64,000 nucleotides of DNA from Eledone cirrhosa (GCA_964016885.1 OZ024742.1:204352001-204416000); one strand, 5' to 3'; positions 19,811 through 32,165 are shown, numbered from the stretch's first letter. The notes: generated from the sequence alone by a model not told the origin. Translations and numbers: made by a program.

Positions 19811-19865
<55 letters not shown>

Positions 19866-20169
19866 TATACACGTATATATATTAATATATATATATATAT
19901 ATATTAATATATATATACGGATTAACAAATAATAGTTAAATGCAGTCCACTTAGGTGAAGTCCAGTTATGGTATTCCAGGTAGTGGATGATATTAACGCT
20001 TGGCTTGGTTTGACTCAACAAGGCGTTTTCATAGTGATGCTGCGGGTATGCTGTAATTCCTATGTTGTAAACACTTGGAGTAATAATAAATCAGGAAAGA
20101 AGGTTTACATGGTTTGCTATACAAAAAAGTTTTTAATCACATAGCTTACATTTGTTTCACTGAACTGGT

Positions 20170-21795
20170 ATGTCTAGAGATCGCTATCCGCCTAATTTTG
20201 CGTCACTCGATCGCCAATACAGAATTATAACCAGTCAGATCTTCGGAGCATGCGAGAATGAACTTACCCATGATGAAATTGAAATAATAATAGCGGCTAG
20301 AAGGACTATCGTAAAATTTGAAAATAACTACTGGGTAAGAAAGGATAGAATAAATAGCTTCGATATTACAATGGGATCAAATGATTCTGCGCAAATTACA
20401 GATATCGTGGGGCTATTCATAGCACACAACCTACATAAGGAATTCAGTAACCTCCAAGGAGGAATTTATAGGGACGACACGTTACTTATAGCTAGGAACC
20501 TAAACAACCAGAGCATGGAAAGACTAAGGAAAAATATTAGAATATTCTTCAAAAAACTAGACCTAAGTATTACCTACGAACTAAACCATAAGAAGGTAAA
20601 TTTTCTAGATGTAACTCTAAATACTGGACTAATAGAACCTTTCCACAAAAATAATGAAAATCTTGCCTACATTAGTTACAACTCAAATCACCCCAAATCC
20701 ATAATTAAATCCTTAGCACGTAGTATATCCCTCCGAATATCCCGCCTATCCTCAAACCTAGAAATCTTTAACGAGCATGCTGACTATTATAATGCAGCAT
20801 TAAGTAGGGCCGGTCATAAAGATAAACTACAGTATGTAGTGAATAAGGACAACATAAACAATCCTAGTAATTTCTACTCCAACCGCTCACATAATAATAG
20901 GAATAGCTTGACTAGACATAGGGTTAGACATGTAACACCTAGAGTAAACGGCCAAAACACTAATAACGTAAACCCTAGAAACAATAGAAGAAACAGACAA
21001 AGAAAATACCTATGGTTCAACCCAATATTCAACTCCTCTATAAAAACTAGACTGCCTTCTACATTCTTTAAACTAATAGATAAACACTTCCCTATCTCGC
21101 ATAGATATCACAAAATACTCAATAGATCTACTATAAAACTCTCTTTCTCAACAGCAGCTAATATAGAATCACACATACGCAAGATCAACCACAGAAATAT
21201 CTCAAGTAAATCAATTGCACCTATACATAAGCACAAACTCATCACAACATCACAACCACAAGCGCATACAAACGCGCAGCAGCAAAACCCCATTGGGCAT
21301 ATATCACAACCCACTTATAACAGGGTACTAAATAGGAATGTAAAAGCTGCACAAAATAGCGCCTCAAACTGCAACTGTCACCTCCCAGATAGGTGCCCAT
21401 TGGCGAACAGATGTCTCGATTCGAGCCTGGTGTACATGTGCACTGTCATCTCGGGTAACTCCACCTGGAATTACATAGGATCCACCGCGGGTTCTTTTAA
21501 GAAAAGATGGTATGTGCACAGGCACTCAATGAAAAACCGAGCACTTATGGGTTCCACCACCCTCGCCAGAAAAATATGGGAATTGAAGGACAGCAACGCT
21601 AGCTACACTATCAACTGGTCGAAGTTGTCGGCTGCTAAAACCTATAGTACAGGGATGTCCTATTGCGGGCTGTGTGATCTTGAGCTATTGTATATCCTTA
21701 GAAATGTTAAAAGGCTACTTAATAATAAGTTAGAAAGATCTATCTTCTGCAGACATAGAATAGCCACTAAATTCATAAGATTCAAACCTCCGTGA
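20170..21795 (+). CDS. PLE RT (C-terminal half) + GIY-YIG endonuclease, 541 aa, N-terminus supplied by the inverted pseudo-LTR
   Basis: FDITMGSNDSAQITD, GGIYRDD, VNFLDVTL, SNHPKS, CNCHLPDRCPL, YIGSTAGSFKKRWYVH, CGLCDLE. Confidence 0.85.
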   Translation: MSRDRYPPNFASLDRQYRIITSQIFGACENELTHDEIEIIIAARRTIVKFENNYWVRKDRINSFDITMGSNDSAQITDIVGLFIAHNLHKEFSNLQGGIYRDDTLLIARNLNNQSMERLRKNIRIFFKKLDLSITYELNHKKVNFLDVTLNTGLIEPFHKNNENLAYISYNSNHPKSIIKSLARSISLRISRLSSNLEIFNEHADYYNAALSRAGHKDKLQYVVNKDNINNPSNFYSNRSHNNRNSLTRHRVRHVTPRVNGQNTNNVNPRNNRRNRQRKYLWFNPIFNSSIKTRLPSTFFKLIDKHFPISHRYHKILNRSTIKLSFSTAANIESHIRKINHRNISSKSIAPIHKHKLITTSQPQAHTNAQQQNPIGHISQPTYNRVLNRNVKAAQNSASNCNCHLPDRCPLANRCLDSSLVYMCTVISGNSTWNYIGSTAGSFKKRWYVHRHSMKNRALMGSTTLARKIWELKDSNASYTINWSKLSAAKTYSTGMSYCGLCDLELLYILRNVKRLLNNKLERSIFCRHRIATKFIRFKPP

Positions 21796-22123
21796 ATCGA
21801 ACCAACATAACATAGCTTTAAATTAGGATACCTACTACCCACAGAAATATATTCATTAAGTATACTATTTCCTTCACAAGTCTATACCACACAATTGTCT
21901 GTAAATACCTCATCTACCAACAATCTTACTCCTTCTTAGCTGCTGCAATCATTTGATCCTAGATCCTAGTTTTTCTCATTTCACTACTACAATGTTACTT
22001 TACCTTCTTTTTGCCATAATTACAATTAGCACGCTTTTCTCTTTGCATGTATGTATATTTTTGTACGAGTGTATATTGATGTGTATGTATGTGTCTATGT
22101 ACACATATATGTGTATATATATT

Positions 22124-22222
<99 letters not shown>

Positions 22223-22581
22223 AGATATATGCGTATATTAATTCGTTAACCTCTGTATTAACTCTACAACTATTGAGCTTTGACAGTGGTCCCACTCATG
22301 TATACTGTTGAAGATGAAGAGAAAGACTGTAAAAACTACCTTATCTTTATAATTTAAAATTGATACACACTACGATACTTTTTGCCTTATGACAGCTGGT
22401 TTTCACGCCGTAACATTAGATACATTATATCCCCCCCACCTAAGTAATGTGAGGGTCTCCTTAAATAGTTTATTGATAGCATTGTTGTAATAATTGTTGT
22501 TGTTATTGTTCTAATTGAATGCCATAACTACTCCATATTTTCTTTTCTTTTCTTGCCTGTGTATTTTCTTCATTCTCGCAT

Positions 22582-22687
22582 GCTCCGAAGATCTGACTGG
22601 TTATAATTCTGTATTGGCTATCGAGTGACGCAAAATTAGGCGGATAGCGATCTCTAGACATACCAGTTCAGTGAAACAAATGTAAGC
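22582..22687 (+). ncRNA. Hammerhead variant with extended stem II
   Basis: gct-CCGAAGA-t ctga ctggt [~60 nt] accag t tcag t-GAAA-ca aa tg-UA-agc. Confidence 0.65.
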
Positions 22688-23047
22688 TATGTGATTAAAA
22701 ACTTTTTTGTATAGCAAACCATGTAAACCTTCTTTCCTGATTTATTAATATATATAGATATATTAATATATCTCTATATATTAATGAAATAACAACCCAA
22801 CCAGGAACTGGGCATATCAGAGTATTGACAAAGTTATACACCTCAACAACATGTGTACTCGTCTCTACCACACTAATTCGGACTGCCTGAAGAAGTCACA
22901 GCCAAAGATGGCTGTCACCGAAATATATATAGCAGTAATAAACGAAGCCAAGTTTTAAACATTTGACTTATTTATTTTATTTTATTTTATTTCATTTTAT
23001 ATTAATATATATATATATATATTAATATATATATACATATATATTAA

Positions 23048-23115
<68 letters not shown>

Positions 23116-23213
23116 TATATATATATACATATATATTAATATATATATACATATATATTAATATATATATATATATATATATTAATATATATATATTAAT
23201 ATATATATATATA

Positions 23214-23262
<49 letters not shown>

Positions 23263-23288
23263 CGTTTCTGATGACCCTCCCAAAGTAT

Positions 23289-23352
<64 letters not shown>

Positions 23353-23542
23353 GTATATATACATATATATTAATATACGTTATTCCAGGTTGAATCGGAG
23401 GTAACCACAGTAAGTAAGGTACTCAATACATAGCAGAGTATAAAATTTTCCTTTTCTTTAAATCCATCAACCATGACTGACCCCCAACGATCTTATAGAC
23501 ACCTGAAATATAGGCATTGTTAGCTTAAGAGAAACTTAAAAA

Positions 23543-24748
23543 TAGCAGTGGTACCCGGCGTTGCACGGGATAAGGTATTTTGGAACGCGAGCCGCCAACA
23601 GACCTAATCGTGGAAAAACTGCATGCCTGGACAATATGTAAAGAAAATAAACCGAATACTCTGATGGCTGGATAAAGGCAGGTTTTCACTTAATGCGGGC
23701 CCAAGGCCATACAAAAGTTGGATTTTCTTTGCTCGCGATATGAAGAAGAGACTGACTAATATATAGTTACAATTTGAAGGAAATCGATCTGACGTAACGC
23801 CTCAAAAAAACCCTAAAAAGCTGGAAAAAACGCAGTTTTTCACTTAATGTGGGCCCTAGGGGATAAAAAAATTGAATTGTTTTTATGTGCATGACACTCC
23901 CTGAAATATAAGTAATACACATGTAAAGTTTGAAAAAGATCGGTTGGGTACTTCTCGGGTTTCACACACACACACATACATACATACATACATACATACA
24001 TACATACATACATACATACATACATACATACATACATACATACATGGTGGCTGCCAACTCGTTTTCGAGTACGGCCACTACTTTATATCCATGTAGGAGA
24101 ACTCCTACCGATGCGCTGAACAAGTGTGACTTTTTAGTCCAGCCAGTGACTTGAAAAATAAGGTACAAACACTACACTTGTGACAATTATTGACACATAG
24201 TGCTGGGCCCATGGTACCATGTGACGACAAGTGCAGAGATATCTCCAGATATAAAGCAATGCGTGTGCTGTGAAGCTTTTATAGTGAGCAAAGGCACTGT
24301 ACAAAGCCAGTCCCACTCTCTTAACCAAGATGATATTTACCAAAAAGAAGAACAAGTCAACATCATTGGATACCATCAGGGTTGCAGGTGTTATATCAGA
24401 GTTTTCCTTCTCCTAGAATTCTGCCTTGACAAAGGCTAAGGGGTCATCTCTCCCGGTGATTTTGGATGGCCATTGACTCTTAAGAGCTCCTTTGTCCTTT
24501 GACAGGTTTTGTTTTTAGTCCTGCAGGATGTCCAAAGTCACCCTCCTCACCAAGAAACCTTGGTGGGGTTGCCAGTTTAGTCGCCAACGACCCGACCATG
24601 AGTCAGGTTGTACTGGGATACATGTTACCAGTAGCACCAACTGGTGACCTGACATACATACATACATACATACATACATACATACATACATACATACATA
24701 CATACATACATACATACTTCCTCAGTTTTATATATATACATATATAGA
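23543..24748 (-). mobile_element. Non-autonomous Helitron-like element interrupted by an RTE-derived insertion
   Basis: cccggcgttgcacggg hairpin near 23553; other end cagttttatata..agat as in 588-1618; internal (TACA)n. Confidence 0.6.
24044..24650 (-). mobile_element. Internally deleted RTE-clade LINE derivative inserted in (ATGT)n
   Basis: Minus strand encodes CSVCTLFFKSLAGLKSHTCSAHR* (C2H2-like RTE ORF2 C-terminus) followed by a short UTR and (ATGT)n; other end resembles an RTE 5' UTR. Confidence 0.6.
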
Positions 24749-25237
24749 TTAAAATAACAGATTAAAGTTTAAGCAAAGAATCGTTGCTTTAACCCTTAAC
24801 GGGATCTTCTGAAACTTAAAACATCAATCTGTGAAGGCAGAAGTAAATATTTCGAAATACGTTGCAACCGAAGGAAAACAGGAAGACGATACTTTGGTCC
24901 GTGAAGACGTTCCCTGGCAATGAACGGAAAATAGCGAACATAATACGTCATCAATGTTCGTCAGAATGTCGTAATGCAGACAGCCAGGCATACAGACAGA
25001 TATTATAAGAGCGCGACGGAGGTGGATAACCGGCGCATAACACCTCTTTAACAAAAGAAAATTGAAAAATAAAAGCTGCAGTTTATATCTTTAGACCGCA
25101 AGGAATATAAAAATGCAAGTTTGAAGTCAATCGGAGTAGAAATGTGGATTTGTATAGACTTTACAAAAATGAGGACACACACACACACAGATAACATCAG
25201 TTTTATATATATAGATATATATATACATATATATTAA

Positions 25238-27717
25238 TCTATATATATATATAAAACGGAAGATGTCTGTCTGTGTGTGTGTATGATTTTTATGCATTTC
25301 CACATTTCTCTACCGATTTTGATGATTTTTTTTTTCCAATGTGCTCCAAATTTACCAACGATGGTCACCGCGTAATAAACTTTGCGAAACATTTCCTGCT
25401 TCTATGAATAAAATTGATAAAACTAAATATATGCTGTAACCCTCTCTCTTACACGCTTAAGCACTCTCTATACTACCCTCAAAAATCGATGAAACTACAT
25501 ACATGTTGCAACTCTCTCTATATATATATATATATCACACACACACATATACATCTAAAGAGAGAAAGGGAGATGTAGAGAGAGAGAGAGAGTGAGATAG
25601 GTCGTTATACAGAGAGAGGTACAAGATAATCAGAGAGAGAGAGAGAGAGAGAATGGCGACGAACGCTGGTTCACACACACACACACAAATACATATATAT
25701 ATATATATATATAAAGACAGAGAGAGAGATCTGCGCGTTCTTTATTGTTCTCCATTCTGTAGAGGAAGAGAGAGAGGGGGTATGAGTGAGAGAGAGAGAG
25801 ATAGAAAGAGAGAGAGAGGTTATGAGAAAAAAGGGAGATGGGGTTGAGAAAGAAAGAAAGAGAGTGAGGAATTTTAACTTTTATTTATTTATCTATTCTT
25901 TACACACTGTTCAACTCTCCCCTTTCCTCAACCTAACGTCTCTTTATCTCTTTCACACAAGACGTACTGTGACTGTGTGTTATATATATTTATGTCCGTA
26001 CACATACACACACACACTCAACATTAACGGGATCTTCTGAAACTAAAAAATTCAATCTGTGAACGCAGAAGTAAATATTTCGAGAAACGTTGCAACCGAA
26101 GGAAAACAGGAAGACGATATTTTCGTTTGTGAAGACGTTCCCTGGTAATGAACGGAAAAAAGCGAGGATAATACGTCGTTATGTGGACCGAGAAAAACAA
26201 TTTCATGCAAAGACAAGACCAAGTTTATGGTATAAATGGAGTCGTTAGACTAATATTCTATTTAAAATAACCGAATGTTTTCCAGCCCCGGAGTTTAAGA
26301 ATGATGTAAGTAAAATTGTAAACGAAAATGACAGAGGTTATTAAAATAGTTGCTTCTACTTTTGGCACAAGGCCACAGCAATTACCCAGTACATTACTGA
26401 TACTTCATTTTATCGACTCCGTAAGGATGAAAGGCAAAGTTAACGTCAACGGGATTTTAACTTTGCCTTAAAATAGTAAAAGTAAATAGTGAAGATTTAG
26501 GCCAGTACATAGTATGCGCTGACGGACATACACATACATACACACTCACAAACACGCGTGTGTTGTGTGTGTAAACATTTCTACAGTATTTTCTACACTA
26601 TTCTACAGTATTCTACAGTATTTTCTACAGTATTTCTACAGTAAACATTTCTTCAGTATTTTCTACAGTATTTTCACCAAATTTAAGACATAGGTTACTT
26701 ATGTACTCCGGATGGTCATGGGCACTTTCATTTTTCCAGATATTGATTATAGGGCCTCCCGGCACATAACCCCATTTAACCGCTTCCTTGGAGTCGACTG
26801 AAGCACTGCAGTGCAATGCAACAAAACGTCATAACTTCTGGAGTTCGCAATCGATTTTCACAAAACTTGACACATGGGCTACGTTTGTTCAACAGATGAA
26901 TGTGAACTCTCAGAATTGGCACATATTGAGTAGGGGACCCTGGGGGCAGGAACGCCCTTTTGGACAAAGTCAATGATTTTGTAAAAGTATAGTTTTCGAA
27001 GCAGCACTGAAGTATTGACATAAATGGTATTTAATTCCCGAGCAACGCCAGCGAATAAGCTTATTAAGTGCATAAAGCAGTTGAACCGGTTATTAAAAGT
27101 TACGAACCAATTAGCATTTTGGACAATCAATGATGGGTTAATAATCTTCCAATAGCGAATTTAGCAGACCAAAGTTGCAAGATGGTGGCCCTGATGCCGC
27201 TGGGTGTCAGATCTGTCCGCCATGGGTAACCCTAACAGGAAATAGTTTTCCAGACGGCATAGCTCCAACACGTCCAACACCTGCACCAACATCTATAGCA
27301 CCTCTTTGTAGACGATATTGCATGTCATCCCTTGAGGAGTGTAAGCAAAAAGTCCATTTAGCAATATGTGGAAAAAAAATAAGAAGAAAACTTTTTTCAG
27401 GAACTTGCGATTTTAATGACTTTTTGCCAGTGTGCTCCAAATTATCGCCCATGTTTACGCTCTTTTGTGCTATATAACTCAGACGGGTTGGCTTACAGGT
27501 TTGACCTATTATTTGACGTGCATTCTTCAGACAATTTACTTAGTACTCACTTTCCACTTATTCACTGTTCAATTGAAATTTTTCGCTACCCCTCCCCCCC
27601 CCCCCATCCGTGCTTACCCGTATTTGCTTTCTTTGCCTCAATAATCATAATTGAGTGGAATCATTAAGAGTACTTTAAAGCAATTAAACTCCGAGCAACG
27701 CCGGGCACTTCTGCTAG
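25238..27717 (+). mobile_element. Composite non-autonomous Helitron
   Basis: 5' a|TC(TA)n aaaacggaagatgtctgtctg; 3' ccgagcaacgccggg hairpin + CTAG|t; nested family D fragment and SINE; internal remnant hairpin at ~27036. Confidence 0.65.
26349..26460 (-). mobile_element. Octopus-type SINE fragment
   Basis: Reverse complement matches 54270-54375 (ctttgcctttcatcct..gataaaat..agtaatgtactgg..ggccttgtgccaaaagtagaa). Confidence 0.75.
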
Positions 27718-28084
27718 TATATCTATATATTAATATATGTATTAATATATATTAATATATATATATATATTAATATATATTAATATATATATACAGATAT
27801 ATTAATATTTATATATATATATTAATATATACATATATATTAATATATATATACATATATATTACATATATACATATATATCAATATATATATATAATAA
27901 ATGTTCGGTAAACCCATACGTACATATATATATGTGTACATGTATGTATATATGTATATATGACATACTACTGTACGTCTGTATACATATATGTATGTAC
28001 GTATACATACATACTTACATTTAAGTATCAGCCGCACTAAGAGTGAGAAATGAAATTTCGTTTCATTCTTTTCCATTTATATAT

Positions 28085-29556
28085 AGAGAACAGTCAGGAA
28101 CTAGAGAAAAACACAATGGAGAGCATCCAGCAAATAGCTAACTCCATCCACCAGAGTATTAGAGTTACTATAGACTACCTAAGTAAACACCCCAACCATC
28201 GATTACCTGTACTAGACACAGAGCTCTGGTTAGATACCATTAATAACAAAAAACAAATCAACCATTCCCATTATGCCAAACCCATGACTTCCAAATATCT
28301 GATCCACCGAAACTCAGCTGTTTCAGACCATACCAAAATCAACATACTGATTGCGGATTTGGTACGGGTGATGAGAAACGTGTCCCGCATGTGCAACCCC
28401 GAAGAACTAGAGAGACACATACAACACTTCATCCACCGTATGCAGTTCTCTGGTTACAATCAGAGAGATAAAATCAGAGTGTATAGAGGAGCCAGAACCA
28501 AATGGGAAAAAATGGTAAATAATGACACAAATGGGACCTGCCCCTTGTATAGGAGCAAATTTTGGAAAAGAATAGAAAGAACTAGGAATAAGGCTAATAG
28601 AATAAAATCATGGTATGATAGCAATAAATACCAGAGTGTAATTTTCATCGATACAACCCCTAGAGGTGAATTAGCTTACAAATTTAGAAGGGCCCTAGAT
28701 AAACATAAACTCAATATTAAGACAGTAGAAAGACCAGGTACCTCCGTAAAAACACTTATTAGCAAGACATACCCTTTTCAAAGATCCCCCTGTATAACCT
28801 GTAAATTAAGCCCCCATATTAACTGTAAAACTAGAAATGTAGTATATAGCATAAGATGTACTGAAGGACAATGTAGAGACAAAAATATAGTGTACATAGG
28901 TGAGACAGCTCGTAGTGTAGGGGAACGGATAAATGAACACAGGCGAGACCTTCAAGATAGTAAAGAATCATCTGTACTCTACCAACATACTAAAATAGAA
29001 CATAAGGGTAAATTAGAGAACATAGAAATAAAAATAGAATCTACACACAGAAAAGACGCAATGTTTAGACAAATTACAGAGGCAATAAACATAAAAGAAT
29101 TATAACCAAAATTAAATACAAAACATGAGTGGAACAGCAACATCACAACTTACAATTAAAGACAAAATGAAAACACACACGCACATTGAACAAACAACCA
29201 ACCTGTAACATGTAAATAAACAAATAAATAAACGAATATAAACACACACAGACACCCGGATGTGGCGCATGCGCAGACGGAGCACACAACACACACACAG
29301 AAACAAAATGGCGTAGGACAGAACAAATGAGAGGCACAAAAACAAAGAAAAGAATCCCCAGTCACTGAAGAGGTCACAGAATGTGTGACGAAAGAACTTT
29401 GACAATATATAAACAACCATCCGGTTGTGGAACAAACCAACCGACCGGAAATTTATAAATTCCTCAATTTATAAATTTATTATGATAAATTGAAGTGAAA
29501 GCCACTGGTGCGTGTGTTTCTTATTGGCAACATGACCCTCCCAAAGTATAACAATA
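28085..29556 (+). mobile_element. PLE family B, 5'-truncated (thumb + GIY-YIG + pseudo-LTR)
   Basis: ORF 28050-29105 RLPVLDTELW..HYAKPMTSK..YIGETARSVGERINEH; near-identical to 11376-12815; HHR at 29361-29403. Confidence 0.92.
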
Positions 29557-29612
29557 CATATATATTAATATATATATATATATATATATTAATATGTACA
29601 TATATATATACA

Positions 29613-29721
<109 letters not shown>

Positions 29722-30283
29722 TCTGTATATATACATATATATTAATATATAGAGAATTAGTATATCTACCAACATATGTATACAGATGTATACTCATGCT
29801 AGCAAATATATATGTTATGTCTTAGTACCTTTGTGGTTCTATGCAAGGGGATGCAGAACAATTATATGAAAGACGTAAAATAAGAAAATTTTAAAATTAA
29901 CTTACTAAAGTTTTTACGTCTTTCATATATATTAATATATATATAAATGTAAGTATGCATGTATACGTACATACATATATGTATACAGACGTACAGTAGC
30001 ATGCACATATATATATATATATACATATATACATACATATGCATACAGGTACACATACATATATGCACGTATCAGTTTAGCGGCGCTTATTATAACGTCG
30101 CTTTGTCCGTTTGTAAACAAACTGAACAGCCTGAATTTATGCCATACGGTGTTAAGGCAACCACGTCACCTTTTTGTTCAACACTGACACAGGAACGATG
30201 TACTAGTTTCAAGCTTGTTAGCTATCATCAGCACCGTTTACCCATCTGCCAGATAGTTGAATGACCGATTTAACTCACTCAAT

Positions 30284-30291
30284 ATGCAAAT
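30284..30291 (+). promoter_or_regulatory. Octamer motif ATGCAAAT, conserved in R1 and R2 units
   Basis: Present in every R1 unit, at ~41528, and on minus at ~15423 and 57415-57422; 88-100 nt upstream of the HHR core; function inferred. Confidence 0.5.
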
Positions 30292-30364
30292 TAGGCTGCT
30301 CAGCCGTTAATTTTCATAAGGAAAGTATATACTTTCGAACGTTCAACTATCTGGCAGATGGGTA

Positions 30365-30409
30365 AACGGTGCTGATGATAGCTAACAAGCTTGAAACTAG
30401 TACATCGTT
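30365..30409 (+). ncRNA. Type I hammerhead ribozyme of R1 (also starting at 30837, 31309, 31781; 41610-41652; minus copy 30194-30238)
   Basis: aacggtg-CUGAUGA-t agc taacaa gct t-GAAA-ctag-UA-catcgtt: 7-bp stem I, canonical core, palindromic ACUAGU stem III, GUA site. Confidence 0.92.
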
Positions 30410-32126
30410 CCTGTGTCAGTGTTGAACAAAAAGGTGACGTGGTTGCCTTAACACCGTATGGCATAAATTCAGGCTGTTCAGTTTGTTTACAAACGAACAA
30501 AGCGACGTTATAATAAGCGCCGCTAAACTGATACGTGCATATATGTATGTGTACCTGTATGCATATGTATGTATATATGTATATATATATATATATGTGC
30601 ATGCTACTGTACGTCTGTATACATATATGTATGTACGTATACATGCATACTTACATTTAAGTAAGTGCCATACTAAGAGTGAGAAATGAAATTTCGTTTT
30701 CATTTTGTTTCAATTTATCGTTTTCGGTATGCCTGACCGATTTAACTCACTCAATATGCAAATTAGGCTGCTCAGCCGTTAATTTTCATAAGGAAAGTAT
30801 ATACTTTCGAACGTTCAACTATCTGGCAGATGGGTAAACGGTGCTGATGATAGCTAACAAGCTTGAAACTAGTACATCGTTCCTGTGTCAGTGTTGAACA
30901 AAAAGGTGACGTGGTTGCCTTAACACCGTATGGCATAAATTCAGGCTGTTCAGTTTGTTTACAAACGAACAAAGCGACGTTATAATAAGCGCCGCTAAAC
31001 TGATACGTGCATATATGTATGTGTACCTGTATGCATATGTATGTATATATGTATATATATATATATATGTGCATGCTACTGTACGTCTGTATACATATAT
31101 GTATGTACGTATACATGCATACTTACATTTAAGTAAGTGCCATACTAAGAGTGAGAAATGAAATTTCGTTTTCATTTTGTTTCAATTTATCGTTTTCGGT
31201 ATGCCTGACCGATTTAACTCACTCAATATGCAAATTAGGCTGCTCAGCCGTTAATTTTCATAAGGAAAGTATATACTTTCGAACGTTCAACTATCTGGCA
31301 GATGGGTAAACGGTGCTGATGATAGCTAACAAGCTTGAAACTAGTACATCGTTCCTGTGTCAGTGTTGAACAAAAAGGTGACGTGGTTGCCTTAACACCG
31401 TATGGCATAAATTCAGGCTGTTCAGTTTGTTTACAAACGAACAAAGCGACGTTATAATAAGCGCCGCTAAACTGATACGTGCATATATGTATGTGTACCT
31501 GTATGCATATGTATGTATATATGTATATATATATATATATGTGCATGCTACTGTACGTCTGTATACATATATGTATGTACGTATACATGCATACTTACAT
31601 TTAAGTAAGTGCCATACTAAGAGTGAGAAATGAAATTTCGTTTTCATTTTGTTTCAATTTATCGTTTTCGGTATGCCTGACCGATTTAACTCACTCAATA
31701 TGCAAATTAGGCTGCTCAGCCGTTAATTTTCATAAGGAAAGTATATACTTTCGAACGTTCAACTATCTGGCAGATGGGTAAACGGTGCTGATGATAGCTA
31801 ACAAGCTTGAAACTAGTACATCGTTCCTGTGTCAGTGTTGAACAAAAAGGTGACGTGGTTGCCTTAACACCGTATGGCATAAATTCAGGCTGTTCAGTTT
31901 GTTTACAAACGAACAAAGCGACGTTATAATAAGCGCCGCTAAACTGATACGTGCATATATGTATGTATACCTGTATGCATATGTATGTATATATGTATAT
32001 ATATATATATATGTGCATGCTACTGTACGTCTGTATACATATATGTATGTACGTATACATGCATACTTACATTTAAGTAAGTGCCATACTAAGAGTGAGA
32101 AATGAAATTTCGTTTTCATTTTGTTT

Positions 32127-32165
<39 letters not shown>

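Larger units (their letters stand above)
20084..22747 (+). mobile_element. PLE with 179-bp inverted pseudo-LTR at its 5' end
   Basis: 20084-20262 is the near-exact reverse complement of 22569-22747; encloses an uninterrupted RT-GIY-YIG ORF. Confidence 0.93.
29944..32130 (+). mobile_element. Retrozyme-like family R1: ~4 tandem 472-bp units (30262-32130) preceded by an inverted partial unit (29944-30261)
   Basis: Exact 472-bp period; I see only one substitution among units; one HHR per unit; (TA)n on both flanks; no coding signal. Confidence 0.9.

Noticed and set aside
22616-22649. SECIS element (Naiad-type selenoprotein PLE)
   Set aside because: The GUGA..AA..GA arrangement has only a 3-bp upper helix, the ORF has no in-frame UGA, and the endonuclease is C-terminal
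20084-22747. DNA transposon with terminal inverted repeats
   Set aside because: The enclosed ORF is RT plus GIY-YIG; the inverted ends are PLE pseudo-LTRs
24044-24150. Host gene exon on the minus strand
   Set aside because: Better explained as the C2H2-like end of an RTE LINE ORF followed by its tail
30300-32119. Repeated 114/95/68-aa ORFs in the 472-bp array
   Set aside because: They start in or cross a microsatellite and are not conserved in diverged R1 copies or in R2
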